The position numbers were made by a program, and so were the translations under genes. Under the pieces are notes generated by a model. It did not search any database. It saw nothing but the letters and a program-made list of their open reading frames with translations, and was not told the origin of the DNA. From IMG/VR virus record IMGVR_UViG_3300012172_000002, positions 1 through 40,435 of that record: DNA of 40,435 bases. One strand, 5' to 3'. This DNA comes from a virus (Duplodnaviria > Caudoviricetes). Positions 23,897 through 33,389 of the stretch are shown here, piece after piece (position 1 is the stretch's first letter; every line of letters begins with the position of its first letter).

Positions 23897-26637
23897 GATA
23901 ACATTCCTGACTGGCTAACATCTATAATAAATCCATGTAACTCAATCTCATCAAACTGAATATTTAGGTCTTCATCGTTCATCTGTTCGTTTGATAAAGT
24001 AAATCCAAGCTGAACGGTATCCCCTATCATACTGGTATTCATTCTATGCCAAATCTGAGCTGATGTTGATGTTCCACCAGTATTTGGAGCAGATCCTGGC
24101 TGTACAAGCATCTGTAGGTTCGTATTAAATGGAGTTAATCCCAAATTAGTGCTTTCAGGACATGTGTGGACTGTTTGACTAAAGATAAGAGCGCTATTTG
24201 TAGGATTAGGTGATGGAGGCACCGGCCCAACATTGTATGGTGTTGAGTTATCCTGGCTTAGATAAATCTCTACAGTGATCTCACCGTTGTCTGTCTTTGT
24301 CAGAAGATACTGCTGAGGGCCAATCCGTGTTTTTCTAGCTAGATCCCATGCGAGCGGGAATTGCTTCGTTTGAATGAATGGCCTGTACATTCTAGTGATG
24401 TATCCACCGCCTTCATAGGTCACAGAATCTGGTATTGGGGCCAATGTAAATTCGTTTGTGCTTCCAGATTGCACCTGGAATATCTTTCCATTGATATTGC
24501 TAACGTTTGTTCCAACAGCTCCTGATATGGTTATGAAGTCGCCGTTGTTCAAATTATGATTTGGTGATGTGACTACACCTGCCACAAGATCTTGTATGTA
24601 AAGGCTTGTTGCTTCGTCTGTTTGGCTGGTTTCCCTAAATAAAATAAATCCTTGCTGGTTACCTGCTATCACGTTTGGTTGATTGTAAGAAAGCTCTCCA
24701 GATCTCCAGATACTATCCCAAGTCTCCCAGGTAACATCTGTATATTGAGACCATGTCTTTCCATTGAAAGTTAGAAATTGACCATAAGTGGTATAACTTT
24801 CATAGAAAATAGCGAAAGATGCGTCTCTGTAATTGTAGAACAGTGTTTGATTAGGGAATTTCCATGAGATTGAATTTGCTGGGTAAGTGAAATAGACCCA
24901 TTCGTTTTGGAAGTCTCTTTGTGAGGTAAATCGTTCGTTTCCATTGTTAACATTTGTAACGTCGAATACTTGATCTAAGACCTCCAAATCGAACCTTGCA
25001 CAGCTTGTCTGATTGGTAATAACATAGCCTCTATTACCTCTTGAAAGCACACCCTGGTCTAAATTGACAGTGGAGAAGGTACTGGATGAGCCATATTCAG
25101 AATTAATGACAAAGAACTCAAATGGTATAACATCACCACCTGTTGCCATGAGTCTTGTTTGAAACTTAGTGAATCCAACAATTAAAGCATCCGAATCGTT
25201 ACCTATACTGGTAATGATATCAGATACACCGGCTTGAATATTTCCGCCAAATCCAACTTGATCCTCAAACATAGCTGTTGGCGATGCTGTTTGGTTGTCA
25301 GGTAATAAAATTGGATTAAATTGGTTTCCAATGCTTGTTGGAGTATCTACAGTAGCTGAAGGAGTATTTGTGTAAGATGCTGTATAATATGGGGTTCCAT
25401 TTTGTGTGTAGACTACAGTATCTGGAAGATAAATAGGAGATCCAGTTGATGTTTGCACGACTGGCCCGAAAAACAGCATCCTATCCTTAAATGGAAATAG
25501 AAGCTTACAGCCTACTAGGTAATATTGGTCTGGTGGAAGTTCAGATATAGAGAAATCCCCCTGCGATAAAGGAGGCATGTAATTGACCCACCCCTTTCCA
25601 GTATTATATGTAGGAGGAATTACACCATCTGAAGGATCGCCATCATACCAGCGGATACAGTCTATTGTTGTATCCGATCTACTAGTAAGGTATTGAACAA
25701 TCCCTCCACTTATCCATGCTCCAGCAATTGTTGCGTTGGGAAACGTCACTGTAATCTGGTTAACTGCTGGTACTGCCGTAACATATCCGGTCTGGAAGTT
25801 AATGCCTGTTATACCATTTATCTCATTGATAAATACAAAATCTCCAACTACAAGAGGGGTATTGCTCGTTGTTGTTATCGTAACAGATGCTGGAGGTCCA
25901 CCAGCATTTATGACAACTGCCGTGATTGTATCGAACTGCATTCCAATATTAGTGATAGAAAATGGAACGTTTACACCATTGGTTGCCCAAAGAGCCCCTT
26001 GATAGTTGGCCGTCCAGAATTGCTGGTAGTCTTGGCCATTCCAGGTAGTAGGAGTTAAAGTTGATTTTTGAGTATATCCTGAATATGTTCCCGTTGGAGG
26101 GTTCTTGTAGAAGCTGACATCGTTTATCTGAAATGGATATGTGGTAGAAATATTATAGGAATAGGTAGTATCAAAGGCTAATGTTCCAGGGTTAGAAAGA
26201 GCTGTAAATAGTAATTCTGCTATTCCCATGACAGGGAGTTGAGGGTAATGAAGAACTGCGGTATCCAAATTTTCATTATTTCCCACGATTGTCAATAATC
26301 CGCCTGCTGTCAATTCTGCTGTTGCAGATCCTGTAGTCAATAATGTAGATGGGAAGGCAATCCCTGGATCAGTGAATACGGTTGTTCCTACAGTGAATTT
26401 GGATGTGCCTAATGCAGGGGCTGGAACGATCGTAACAGAGAAGTTACCAGTTACTGCATCAGTTGTGCCGACGTATCTTGAAAGCTGACCCAATAGGGTG
26501 GTTCCGCGTTTTCTTTTAACGCGTCCTCTCCACTGATAGGCATTAACGATCACAGGGAAGCTATCATTGTCTATGTTGAATGGTAGCCTATCTGTTCTAA
26601 GACCTTTATTGACTGGACCAACGACTATTTTTGGCAT
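23893..26637 (-). CDS. Tail nozzle or tubular protein B (P22 gp10/T7 gp12-like)
   Basis: 914 aa, beta-rich, NAYQWRGRVKRKRG N-terminal motif, position in a podoviral tail module. Confidence 0.7.
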   Translation of the reverse strand: MPKIVVGPVNKGLRTDRLPFNIDNDSFPVIVNAYQWRGRVKRKRGTTLLGQLSRYVGTTDAVTGNFSVTIVPAPALGTSKFTVGTTVFTDPGIAFPSTLLTTGSATAELTAGGLLTIVGNNENLDTAVLHYPQLPVMGIAELLFTALSNPGTLAFDTTYSYNISTTYPFQINDVSFYKNPPTGTYSGYTQKSTLTPTTWNGQDYQQFWTANYQGALWATNGVNVPFSITNIGMQFDTITAVVINAGGPPASVTITTTSNTPLVVGDFVFINEINGITGINFQTGYVTAVPAVNQITVTFPNATIAGAWISGGIVQYLTSRSDTTIDCIRWYDGDPSDGVIPPTYNTGKGWVNYMPPLSQGDFSISELPPDQYYLVGCKLLFPFKDRMLFFGPVVQTSTGSPIYLPDTVVYTQNGTPYYTASYTNTPSATVDTPTSIGNQFNPILLPDNQTASPTAMFEDQVGFGGNIQAGVSDIITSIGNDSDALIVGFTKFQTRLMATGGDVIPFEFFVINSEYGSSSTFSTVNLDQGVLSRGNRGYVITNQTSCARFDLEVLDQVFDVTNVNNGNERFTSQRDFQNEWVYFTYPANSISWKFPNQTLFYNYRDASFAIFYESYTTYGQFLTFNGKTWSQYTDVTWETWDSIWRSGELSYNQPNVIAGNQQGFILFRETSQTDEATSLYIQDLVAGVVTSPNHNLNNGDFITISGAVGTNVSNINGKIFQVQSGSTNEFTLAPIPDSVTYEGGGYITRMYRPFIQTKQFPLAWDLARKTRIGPQQYLLTKTDNGEITVEIYLSQDNSTPYNVGPVPPSPNPTNSALIFSQTVHTCPESTNLGLTPFNTNLQMLVQPGSAPNTGGTSTSAQIWHRMNTSMIGDTVQLGFTLSNEQMNDEDLNIQFDEIELHGFIIDVSQSGMLS

Positions 26638-27287
26638 TAATTACCTATTGAGTACCAGTAAAAGCCTCTGTACTTATTTGAAGTTGAATTAAATTGCCAT
26701 TCAAATCCAGTTGTAGTAACTGAAGTTCCATTTGGAGTTGCTGAGCCAGCTACACTTGGTGCGGTTCCTGCTGTATTCCAATATGGAGTGCAAACTACCA
26801 TCCAAGCATTGTTAGGATAAACTAAAGGAAAAGTTACGGTTCCGGATGCACTACCACCTGCGAATGATCCACTAGAACCAGTATTTTCAAATCCCCACTG
26901 TATGATTGATCCTCCAGGCAAGAAACTGTATCCGTTCAAGGCTGAACTATATGCTTTTGGAGCAGTTATTTGGATTTCAGTATTACCTGCCAATGTGCTG
27001 CTTTGGTAAAATAGTGCACCATCTGTTTTTGCATTGAAAGTCACGTCATTGCTATAGACTTCACCAGTTCCAGCAACCTTTGGAGGTGTCACACCACCAT
27101 TATCTTTTAGGTGTATAACTGTATGCATCCCATCTGTTAATGCCCCTGTTGCAGCTCCAAATGTTAAATGGTCTGTAGACAATATCTGACTAACACTTGT
27201 AGTGTTTACCGCCATATTAGGTTGATCTTGTGCAGGCGTATTTGTTGCTACAGGAATCCCTGTTGTGTAAGTGTAGTTTGTTGCCAT
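26637..27287 (-). CDS. Tail fibre-related protein
   Basis: NGYSFLPGGSIIQWG...VTFPLVYPN...YWYSIGN C-terminal fibre domain motif. Confidence 0.7.
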   Translation of the reverse strand: MATNYTYTTGIPVATNTPAQDQPNMAVNTTSVSQILSTDHLTFGAATGALTDGMHTVIHLKDNGGVTPPKVAGTGEVYSNDVTFNAKTDGALFYQSSTLAGNTEIQITAPKAYSSALNGYSFLPGGSIIQWGFENTGSSGSFAGGSASGTVTFPLVYPNNAWMVVCTPYWNTAGTAPSVAGSATPNGTSVTTTGFEWQFNSTSNKYRGFYWYSIGN

Positions 27288-28532
27288 CTATACTCCGAAT
27301 GATGATTGGTTATAGTTGCTTTGTGTACTTGGTTGACTGTAAATCGTATGTGTTCTTGTGGCTGTGAATTGCCTTTGAGACCTTTTCCAGACTAGCATTT
27401 CTTGTTCTTGGAAAAGTGGCTCATAGAATTGGAATTGCTCTACATCTCCCACGTCTGATAAAATCTTTCTTGCAGCTCCCCTTGCGATGTATTCGCACAT
27501 ATAACCAAAAGGAACCATTTGGCTAGATGAGAAAAAGGCGGCTGGGCTTAAATATGCGTTTAATTGGACTAGATAAGCGGTATTTGGAGGTGCCCTGAAA
27601 GTAAGGGTATTGTTATGGAAAAGAACTGCTCTTGGAATGCCTGTCTGATAATATACACATTGAGCTTGAATCGGATTTCCATCAGGAATAGCTTTTGAAA
27701 ATGTCACACTGGTGGCTATTCCAGTAATGTAATTTATCGTATTTTGAGTTGTAGTATAGCCGCCTGCAAGAGTCGTATTTCCATATGGAGCAACTCCAGG
27801 AGTCATCAAAAGTCCATAATTTTGTGCATCGGCTGTTCCGTCATTTAACAAAATGCCTGTATCACAAACTTGGACTAATGAACCATCAGTGGCTATTGAT
27901 GTAAAATAGATTCCTGGGTAGATGCTGGTTGATTTGATTACTCCAACATTTACGCTGGCATCTTGAATGTAAGCTCCAGTACCTGTTGTATCTAAAGGAG
28001 GATCTTGATTGACTTTAGTATCAACAATCCCTGACATGTCTACATGGCCTCGAATAATACCGGATGTTACCTGTGTAGATGTATTTGGGTTATTTTGAAG
28101 AAAAGGCAATGTGAGAGTATACGGACCAGATGTGCCATCTCCTGTTCCTGCCTGCACAAGAATTTGGTTGTAATTAGGCCATACACTGAAGAATTGCTCT
28201 CTTTGCGTATAGAGAGGCGCATCTACTCCATTTATAGATACTGGCCCCATAAATCCCTGGTAAACTGGATAGAATGCTATATCGTCAGCGTTCGGTTGTC
28301 CAGCTGTTTGGGATTGAATTGAATACATAGGCATATTGTACTTATCAACTCCAGGAGTAGTCTGGAATTGATAAGTAGTCTTAAAGTCGAACAGTTGAAT
28401 CCGAGCGTCAACGTCCATAATCCAGAATCTGTTGATATAATCAATGATTAAGGCATCTGTTAAGACCACATTAGACGGGGTTTTAACGATGCGTCTGATG
28501 TAAGTGATTATATCTGAAAGATAGTTAGTCAT
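27288..28532 (-). CDS. Head-tail adaptor or tubular protein A with an inserted beta domain
   Basis: LSDIITYIRRIV...IIDYINRF N-terminus and EYIARGAARKI C-terminal helix. Confidence 0.65.
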   Translation of the reverse strand: MTNYLSDIITYIRRIVKTPSNVVLTDALIIDYINRFWIMDVDARIQLFDFKTTYQFQTTPGVDKYNMPMYSIQSQTAGQPNADDIAFYPVYQGFMGPVSINGVDAPLYTQREQFFSVWPNYNQILVQAGTGDGTSGPYTLTLPFLQNNPNTSTQVTSGIIRGHVDMSGIVDTKVNQDPPLDTTGTGAYIQDASVNVGVIKSTSIYPGIYFTSIATDGSLVQVCDTGILLNDGTADAQNYGLLMTPGVAPYGNTTLAGGYTTTQNTINYITGIATSVTFSKAIPDGNPIQAQCVYYQTGIPRAVLFHNNTLTFRAPPNTAYLVQLNAYLSPAAFFSSSQMVPFGYMCEYIARGAARKILSDVGDVEQFQFYEPLFQEQEMLVWKRSQRQFTATRTHTIYSQPSTQSNYNQSSFGV

Positions 28533-29110
28533 TAGAAAGCATTAGCTCCCATAAAGATTGATTTTCTAGATGATACTGGACGTGCATTAAGCCTTTGAAT
28601 TGTGTTGTCGACCACGATTGCTCCATAGTATTGGCCTGAGCTGTCCGATCCTGTAGGCTTAGTTTGGTCCATTGTTAGCCTGTGATAAGACCTGCTTCTG
28701 ATGTCTTCTGCAAGATATCTTGGGCCCCATACTGGCTTATTAACTGGAACTCTCCAGAATTCACAAGGCTGTCCAGGAAATTTCTTTGTCCAAATTTCGA
28801 TTGCTTCGCCGATAATTTCGTTGTTTTCTGCAATGAATTGAACATATTCTTTTTGAAAGTTATAGTCTTCACGGAACTTTTCATTGAATTTTGCTCTACA
28901 ACCAATGGTTCTTTCAGGTTTTAGATAGATGTCTTTTGATTTTTCGATATCTGATCTTGCCATTTTGGTCTGAGGCTCTGTTTCAAGAACGGGTGCTTTA
29001 TTCATCCTATCTTGAGTAAGTTCTTTGACATTTTGGTCAAATGCTTCGAATTGCTTTTCCAGCTTTTCGATTTCTGTTTCATTGATTTTTGGTTTTTTGG
29101 CTTCTGTCAT
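28532..29110 (-). CDS. Hypothetical morphogenesis protein
   Basis: 192-aa ORF coupled to the adaptor gene. Confidence 0.65.
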   Translation of the reverse strand: MTEAKKPKINETEIEKLEKQFEAFDQNVKELTQDRMNKAPVLETEPQTKMARSDIEKSKDIYLKPERTIGCRAKFNEKFREDYNFQKEYVQFIAENNEIIGEAIEIWTKKFPGQPCEFWRVPVNKPVWGPRYLAEDIRSRSYHRLTMDQTKPTGSDSSGQYYGAIVVDNTIQRLNARPVSSRKSIFMGANAF

Positions 29111-29116
29111 TTTTTC

Positions 29117-29542
29117 CTACCCTGGTGATATGTTAATAAAGCTGCCTGGTACATTCGTTTGTGTATTCGTCGTAAGAAGAGAATTTGTTAGGCCACTATT
29201 TACATCTCCTATCGCAACAATCTGAGGCTGTTGACGATACGACGAGGTTACAAATGTATTATATCCCACAGAATTGATATTTAACACAACTGAATTAGAT
29301 GCTGGAATCGAAAGGACATATCCAACTTGATTGTTGAGTTCAACCGGTCCATTTTGTGGCAACACTAAGAGTCTGCACTGCTGTCCCACCACATAGTTAT
29401 GATCAACCGCTGTTGTAACAGTAGTCGTCTGGCCTAGTGTGATACCCGAAATAAAGAACTGGCTTGGCTCATAAAAATCTGTTTCTACTGGCAGATTATT
29501 ATATAAAGCTACAGGGCCAGGGTAAGGGTAGGGAAATGTCAT
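29117..29542 (-). CDS. Virion protein with an FCCH-like beta domain
   Basis: ITLGQTTTVTTAVDHNYVVGQQCRL; shares the A(I/V)GDVNSG motif with the upstream gene. Confidence 0.65.
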   Translation of the reverse strand: MTFPYPYPGPVALYNNLPVETDFYEPSQFFISGITLGQTTTVTTAVDHNYVVGQQCRLLVLPQNGPVELNNQVGYVLSIPASNSVVLNINSVGYNTFVTSSYRQQPQIVAIGDVNSGLTNSLLTTNTQTNVPGSFINISPG

Positions 29543-29583
29543 TTTACCTCATAAGAAGGGGGGTTACCCCCCCCTCTAATTTA

Positions 29584-30771
29584 CTAATTCACAGAATAAT
29601 CATCATAATAGGCAACCCAGTAAATTACGTTACCTTCTGCTCCAACGAGCTTACCTGTGGTAAGTACCGTACCTGCCCCAGCACCAATGCTGAAACCTTG
29701 GCTTGTATTGTTGATATACGCGCCTTGGATTGCTGGACCATTAATAGTAGAAGCTGATAGCAAAGTTGTAGTAGTGTTGCCATATACAACTGTCGGTGAA
29801 GGATAAAGATTCTCACCGGCATATGGATAACCACCACTATTTACATCTCCTACTGCTTTAACTATTGCAAAGCCCAAGCCTGGGAAACTTGCAAATGCTA
29901 CACCAGCAACACTAAATGCATCCAATGATCCACTGTAATTGAATTTGAAATAATCTGAATATGAACTGTCTGATGCAACGCTTCCAACTTCTGTCACATA
30001 ATATGTATTAGGTGACGCAGGAATGACGTTATTTGGCAACTCATTGAGTTGAGATGCTCCATAATTAGATGGAATATTAAAAGCAATCTGTTGTCCTACA
30101 ACAAAGTTTGTTGGGGCAGTTGTTTTAACTGTCACAACACTACCAGATCGACTAATACTCCAAGGGAAAGCAATTCCTGGAACATATAGTTGAGGATACA
30201 AAATCTTTTTAACAGCTGCAGCACCTGTAGCTGCAAGGGTTAGAGCAGTTAAATTAGCTGCTGTACCATTCCACACTACAGTAAAGGTAGTAGTTGAACC
30301 TACAGCTTTAATGATAAATGGGATGCCAGCAATTTGCTGCATACCTGTTGTAGCTGTTTGGTAAAGGTTTTGGAATGTAACCCAGTCACCTACTTTTAAA
30401 CCGTGAGCTGATGTAGTTGTCACAGTCAAAGTAGAAGCATCTGTTTTTGCAATACCTGCTGCTGCACCTGCACCTAAAAGGATTTGTGATCCATATTGCA
30501 ATGAAAGGCCAGCTTGAAATGAACTAATACCATTTGATGTAACGGTATCGTAAATCAACGCTGGAGTAGCATTATACCCTTCAATTACAGCATACCCTTG
30601 TCCCATAGATACATCCCACTTAGCGGATGCTATATTTTGAGATGCGGCAGCTGAATTTGCTACTGTATAATTTGTCAATTCAACTCTTGTCGGGACAAAA
30701 GGCAAATTAATAAATTTACCAGCCCCAGTTGATGTGAAGTGACCTTTTGCTAATTTTGAATATTCAGCCAT
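29584..30771 (-). CDS. Capsid-associated or decoration protein with two FCCH-like domains
   Basis: Directly after the MCP; VTTTSAHGLKVGDWVTF and VKTTAPTNFVVGQQIAF. Confidence 0.65.
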   Translation of the reverse strand: MAEYSKLAKGHFTSTGAGKFINLPFVPTRVELTNYTVANSAAASQNIASAKWDVSMGQGYAVIEGYNATPALIYDTVTSNGISSFQAGLSLQYGSQILLGAGAAAGIAKTDASTLTVTTTSAHGLKVGDWVTFQNLYQTATTGMQQIAGIPFIIKAVGSTTTFTVVWNGTAANLTALTLAATGAAAVKKILYPQLYVPGIAFPWSISRSGSVVTVKTTAPTNFVVGQQIAFNIPSNYGASQLNELPNNVIPASPNTYYVTEVGSVASDSSYSDYFKFNYSGSLDAFSVAGVAFASFPGLGFAIVKAVGDVNSGGYPYAGENLYPSPTVVYGNTTTTLLSASTINGPAIQGAYINNTSQGFSIGAGAGTVLTTGKLVGAEGNVIYWVAYYDDYSVN

Positions 30772-30772
30772 G

Positions 30773-31741
30773 TTATACCCCCAAAGCTATTGAGCGTGTA
30801 CACAGAAGATTACGAATAGCAGTATCTTGAGTGATCGCTTGCGCTTGCGCAAACTTAACTGCTAAAGTAGCATTCTGAGCCAACATTCCGGAATAATAAG
30901 GGTCACGATAAATCAGGTTCATAGAGTAGCCATCCTGATTAATGTGAGTAATCGCCTGCTTTCCAAGGACAGTGTTGTAATAAACATCTGCGCCCAAAGC
31001 TGATACGCCTCTTGCAACAGGAGCTTCTGAGCTTGTCAGAACACGGATGTTGAATGCAGAGCCATATTCGCTTGGCAAAGCTGATGTGTTAGTTGGATAG
31101 TTCCACTGAGACAAGAATCCTTCGTCAACCAAACTATCAAAATCTGATTGAAGCTCAGTTGAAGACAGCATGAAATATGCTGACCTAACAGGGCCTGTAC
31201 CAAACTTCAAATCACCTTCAATACCTGACATAAATTTGTAGGCATTGTTGGTGTCCAAAGTTGTTGCAACCATGCTAAAATCAAGCATACCAAGAGCTGT
31301 TGGGTTATCCCCGCCAGTTCCGTTAGCTGCATTGATTTGAGAAGCAGCAGATACGATATAATCGCGTAGGATTAAGTCTTCGGCTTGTCTCATAGCAACT
31401 GCAAGTCTCTCAGATACCCAGGCTAAAACGCCTTCTTGGTCTTGGAGGATTACCTGTTCGTTGATAATACATCCAGTACCGAAGAATGCCATTTGAGCAT
31501 CAATGATGTCTCTTTGAGGAACTTGAGCTGGGGGATCAATCCCAGAGTTACCCAATTGAATAGTGGGTGGTTGCAGAGCGCGTGGGCGCATAAATCTGCA
31601 TGTAGTACCGCCGTGCGCTGGCATACTTACCTTATCGCAGACGGTAATATAGTTCATGGTAGGGGTAGGCACGTAAAGCATCGCGGGTGCTAGCGATTGC
31701 AATATCATCGGGCCTAAACTACCTGTTGTAGTAATAGCCAT
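30773..31741 (-). CDS. Major capsid protein (N4 gp56-like, HK97 fold)
   Basis: 322 aa; MPAHGGTTCRFMR, AMRQAEDLILRD, ALPSEYGS motifs; downstream of the scaffold. Confidence 0.85.
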   Translation of the reverse strand: MAITTTGSLGPMILQSLAPAMLYVPTPTMNYITVCDKVSMPAHGGTTCRFMRPRALQPPTIQLGNSGIDPPAQVPQRDIIDAQMAFFGTGCIINEQVILQDQEGVLAWVSERLAVAMRQAEDLILRDYIVSAASQINAANGTGGDNPTALGMLDFSMVATTLDTNNAYKFMSGIEGDLKFGTGPVRSAYFMLSSTELQSDFDSLVDEGFLSQWNYPTNTSALPSEYGSAFNIRVLTSSEAPVARGVSALGADVYYNTVLGKQAITHINQDGYSMNLIYRDPYYSGMLAQNATLAVKFAQAQAITQDTAIRNLLCTRSIALGV

Positions 31742-31747
31742 CTTTTA

Positions 31748-31900
31748 CCTGTAAATGAACGAAATTACATGCACTAAAAAGTGCATTTATTTGGATATGA
31801 TGATAGGTATGCGAACCCAACTACGCGGATTTTCTATCATATCAAGCGAGGCTGCGACTTCCCCTACGCTGACTACCACATTGACGCAAGTGGCTGCGAA
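31748..31900 (-). promoter_or_regulatory. Structured 5-prime leader of the capsid mRNA
   Basis: Four successive hairpins with recurring GCGTA and TCGCA words. Confidence 0.6.
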
Positions 31901-31905
31901 TCTTC

Positions 31906-31934
31906 AATTTAGGAAAAAACGGGATTATTGTAAA
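31906..31934 (-). promoter_or_regulatory. Capsid gene promoter
   Basis: TTTACA-17 nt-TAAATT on the minus strand. Confidence 0.55.
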
Positions 31935-31951
31935 GCCAGAAATTTTGATGA

Positions 31952-31968
31952 TGTAAAGCTGCTTTACA
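31952..31968. promoter_or_regulatory. Palindromic operator TGTAAAGC-N-GCTTTACA (copy 2)
   Basis: Arms identical to 1400-1416. Confidence 0.6.
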
Positions 31969-32089
31969 ACCCGTCTGTTATTTCAGGCGGAGGATAGGGA
32001 TAGGTCTTTTGACAATAGATGCAATAATAGACATCCGAATAGATTTCCATTGGCTCTATAGGATTATCGCAGATAGGGCAAATATTCAT
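31964..32089 (-). CDS. 41-aa zinc-ribbon peptide (MNICPICDN...YYCIYCQK...)
   Basis: Translated by hand; AGGAG SD; two CxxC pairs. Confidence 0.6.
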   Translation of the reverse strand: MNICPICDNPIEPMEIYSDVYYCIYCQKTYPYPPPEITDGL

Positions 32090-32100
32090 ATTACTCCTAG

Positions 32101-32134
32101 AAAACGCTACCTCAATGCCTATCATTGAGGCAGC
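32101..32134 (-). terminator. Intrinsic terminator
   Basis: 12-bp stem GCTGCCTCAATG/CATTGAGGTAGC followed by GTTTT on the minus strand. Confidence 0.6.
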
Positions 32135-32159
32135 CAAAGCAACAGATTCGCTATTTGCT

Positions 32160-32270
32160 TTATTTTTTCTTTTTCACTAGTGCCTTTTCGTCTTTTTTAA
32201 GATGTGACATTAAAGGCTTCAGAGCTTTCTTGTGTTCTTTCTTTTCTTCTTTTTCTTTCTTATGGGCCAT
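32160..32270 (-). CDS. 36-aa Lys/Glu-rich peptide (MAHKKEKEEKKEHKKALKPLMSHLKKDEKALVKKKK)
   Basis: Translated by hand; AAGGA SD. Confidence 0.55.
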   Translation of the reverse strand: MAHKKEKEEKKEHKKALKPLMSHLKKDEKALVKKKK

Positions 32271-32272
32271 GA

Positions 32273-32437
32273 TTATTTTCCTTTCTTTTTAGATTGTCCA
32301 CTTTCATGCATTGCGATCGCAATTGCTTGTTGTCTATTTTTCACAACAGGGCCTTTTTTAGACCCTGAATGAAGCTCTCCTTTTCCAAACTCTTTCATCA
32401 CTTTGTTGACCTTAGAGTTTTGATTCTTTTTTTGCAT
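32273..32437 (-). CDS. 54-aa basic protein, DUF6496-like
   Basis: KVMKEFGKGELHSGSKKGPVVKNRQQAIAIAMHESG; TAATG coupling to the scaffold gene. Confidence 0.75.
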   Translation of the reverse strand: MQKKNQNSKVNKVMKEFGKGELHSGSKKGPVVKNRQQAIAIAMHESGQSKKKGK

Positions 32438-33099
32438 TAAATCCTCAAGTTTTTCTTAAGTTCTTGCAGCTTGTCATAGGCGTTCTTTTGCCCCGATGGA
32501 CTAAAATCTCCTTGTGAGCTGTATCCAGGTGTTCCAACTCCGCTTGGCTGATAATAGGGGTTTCTTCGTTGGGCGTCGATTTTTCCCTGTATGGTTGATT
32601 CGGGAACTGCTGGCTTATGCACTCCAAGCGCTTTGATATTCTTGTACACAAGTTTCTGCCTTTCGAAAGTATCCGGCATTTCCAGAATCGTTTCAGCAAG
32701 CTCCGGATCTTTTTCCGCAAACTTTTGAGCATGCTGCATGATTTCGTAGAAGTCCGGGTTAGATTTGATCCAGTTTTGCTTCCTTTCTTCGTATAACGCC
32801 TCGGAGACCGCTTTTTTAATTTCCGTTTGAGTTTGTTCTCTGGTTTGTTGTCCAAATTTTTCTAACCTCTTGTTTAAACGTTTACGATCAACATATGGTT
32901 CAGAATCATCTTCTTCATCATCATTGCCAGATTGCTTAGCCCGCTCTTGCGCAAGCCTCTCAGCGTTTTCCCTGGCAGCTCTTTCTTCAGCAAGTTGTCT
33001 TTCATACTTTTGCTGTAGTGCTCGAAAGTTGAGCTCTTTGTCTCCCTCTTTCGGTGGTGTTTGTTCTTTATTTACTGCTTGATTTTCTTGATTATTCAT
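32437..33099 (-). CDS. Capsid scaffolding protein
   Basis: Charged coiled coil, KELNFRAL motif, between portal and MCP. Confidence 0.7.
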   Translation of the reverse strand: MNNQENQAVNKEQTPPKEGDKELNFRALQQKYERQLAEERAARENAERLAQERAKQSGNDDEEDDSEPYVDRKRLNKRLEKFGQQTREQTQTEIKKAVSEALYEERKQNWIKSNPDFYEIMQHAQKFAEKDPELAETILEMPDTFERQKLVYKNIKALGVHKPAVPESTIQGKIDAQRRNPYYQPSGVGTPGYSSQGDFSPSGQKNAYDKLQELKKNLRI

Positions 33100-33206
33100 A
33101 CTATCCTTTCCCGTGACGTGGGTATACGTTTGGATATAAGATCATTAAACTAAATGGTTTATAAAAATACAACATAATATTTGACCAAAACATAGGATTT
33201 GCTAGA

Positions 33207-33389
33207 ATGGCCATCCACAAGCTATCTCAGGACTATATTGATATGTTTATAAAGTTGCATAAAGAAGGAAGAACAGCATCGGAAATGGCAAGACGCTTTG
33301 ATATGTCACCTTCAAGAATAAGAAAGGCAATTCAGAAAAATTTAGGAACACCAGTAGTGAGAAAGAAACATGAAAGAAATTTCATTTGA
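33207..33389 (+). CDS. Small HTH protein
   Basis: LHKEGRTASEMARRFDMSPSRIRKAI. Confidence 0.7.
   Translation: MAIHKLSQDYIDMFIKLHKEGRTASEMARRFDMSPSRIRKAIQKNLGTPVVRKKHERNFI

Noticed and set aside
31755-31997. 80-aa + strand ORF upstream of the MCP
   Set aside because: It is antisense to the capsid promoter and structured leader, which explain the region better
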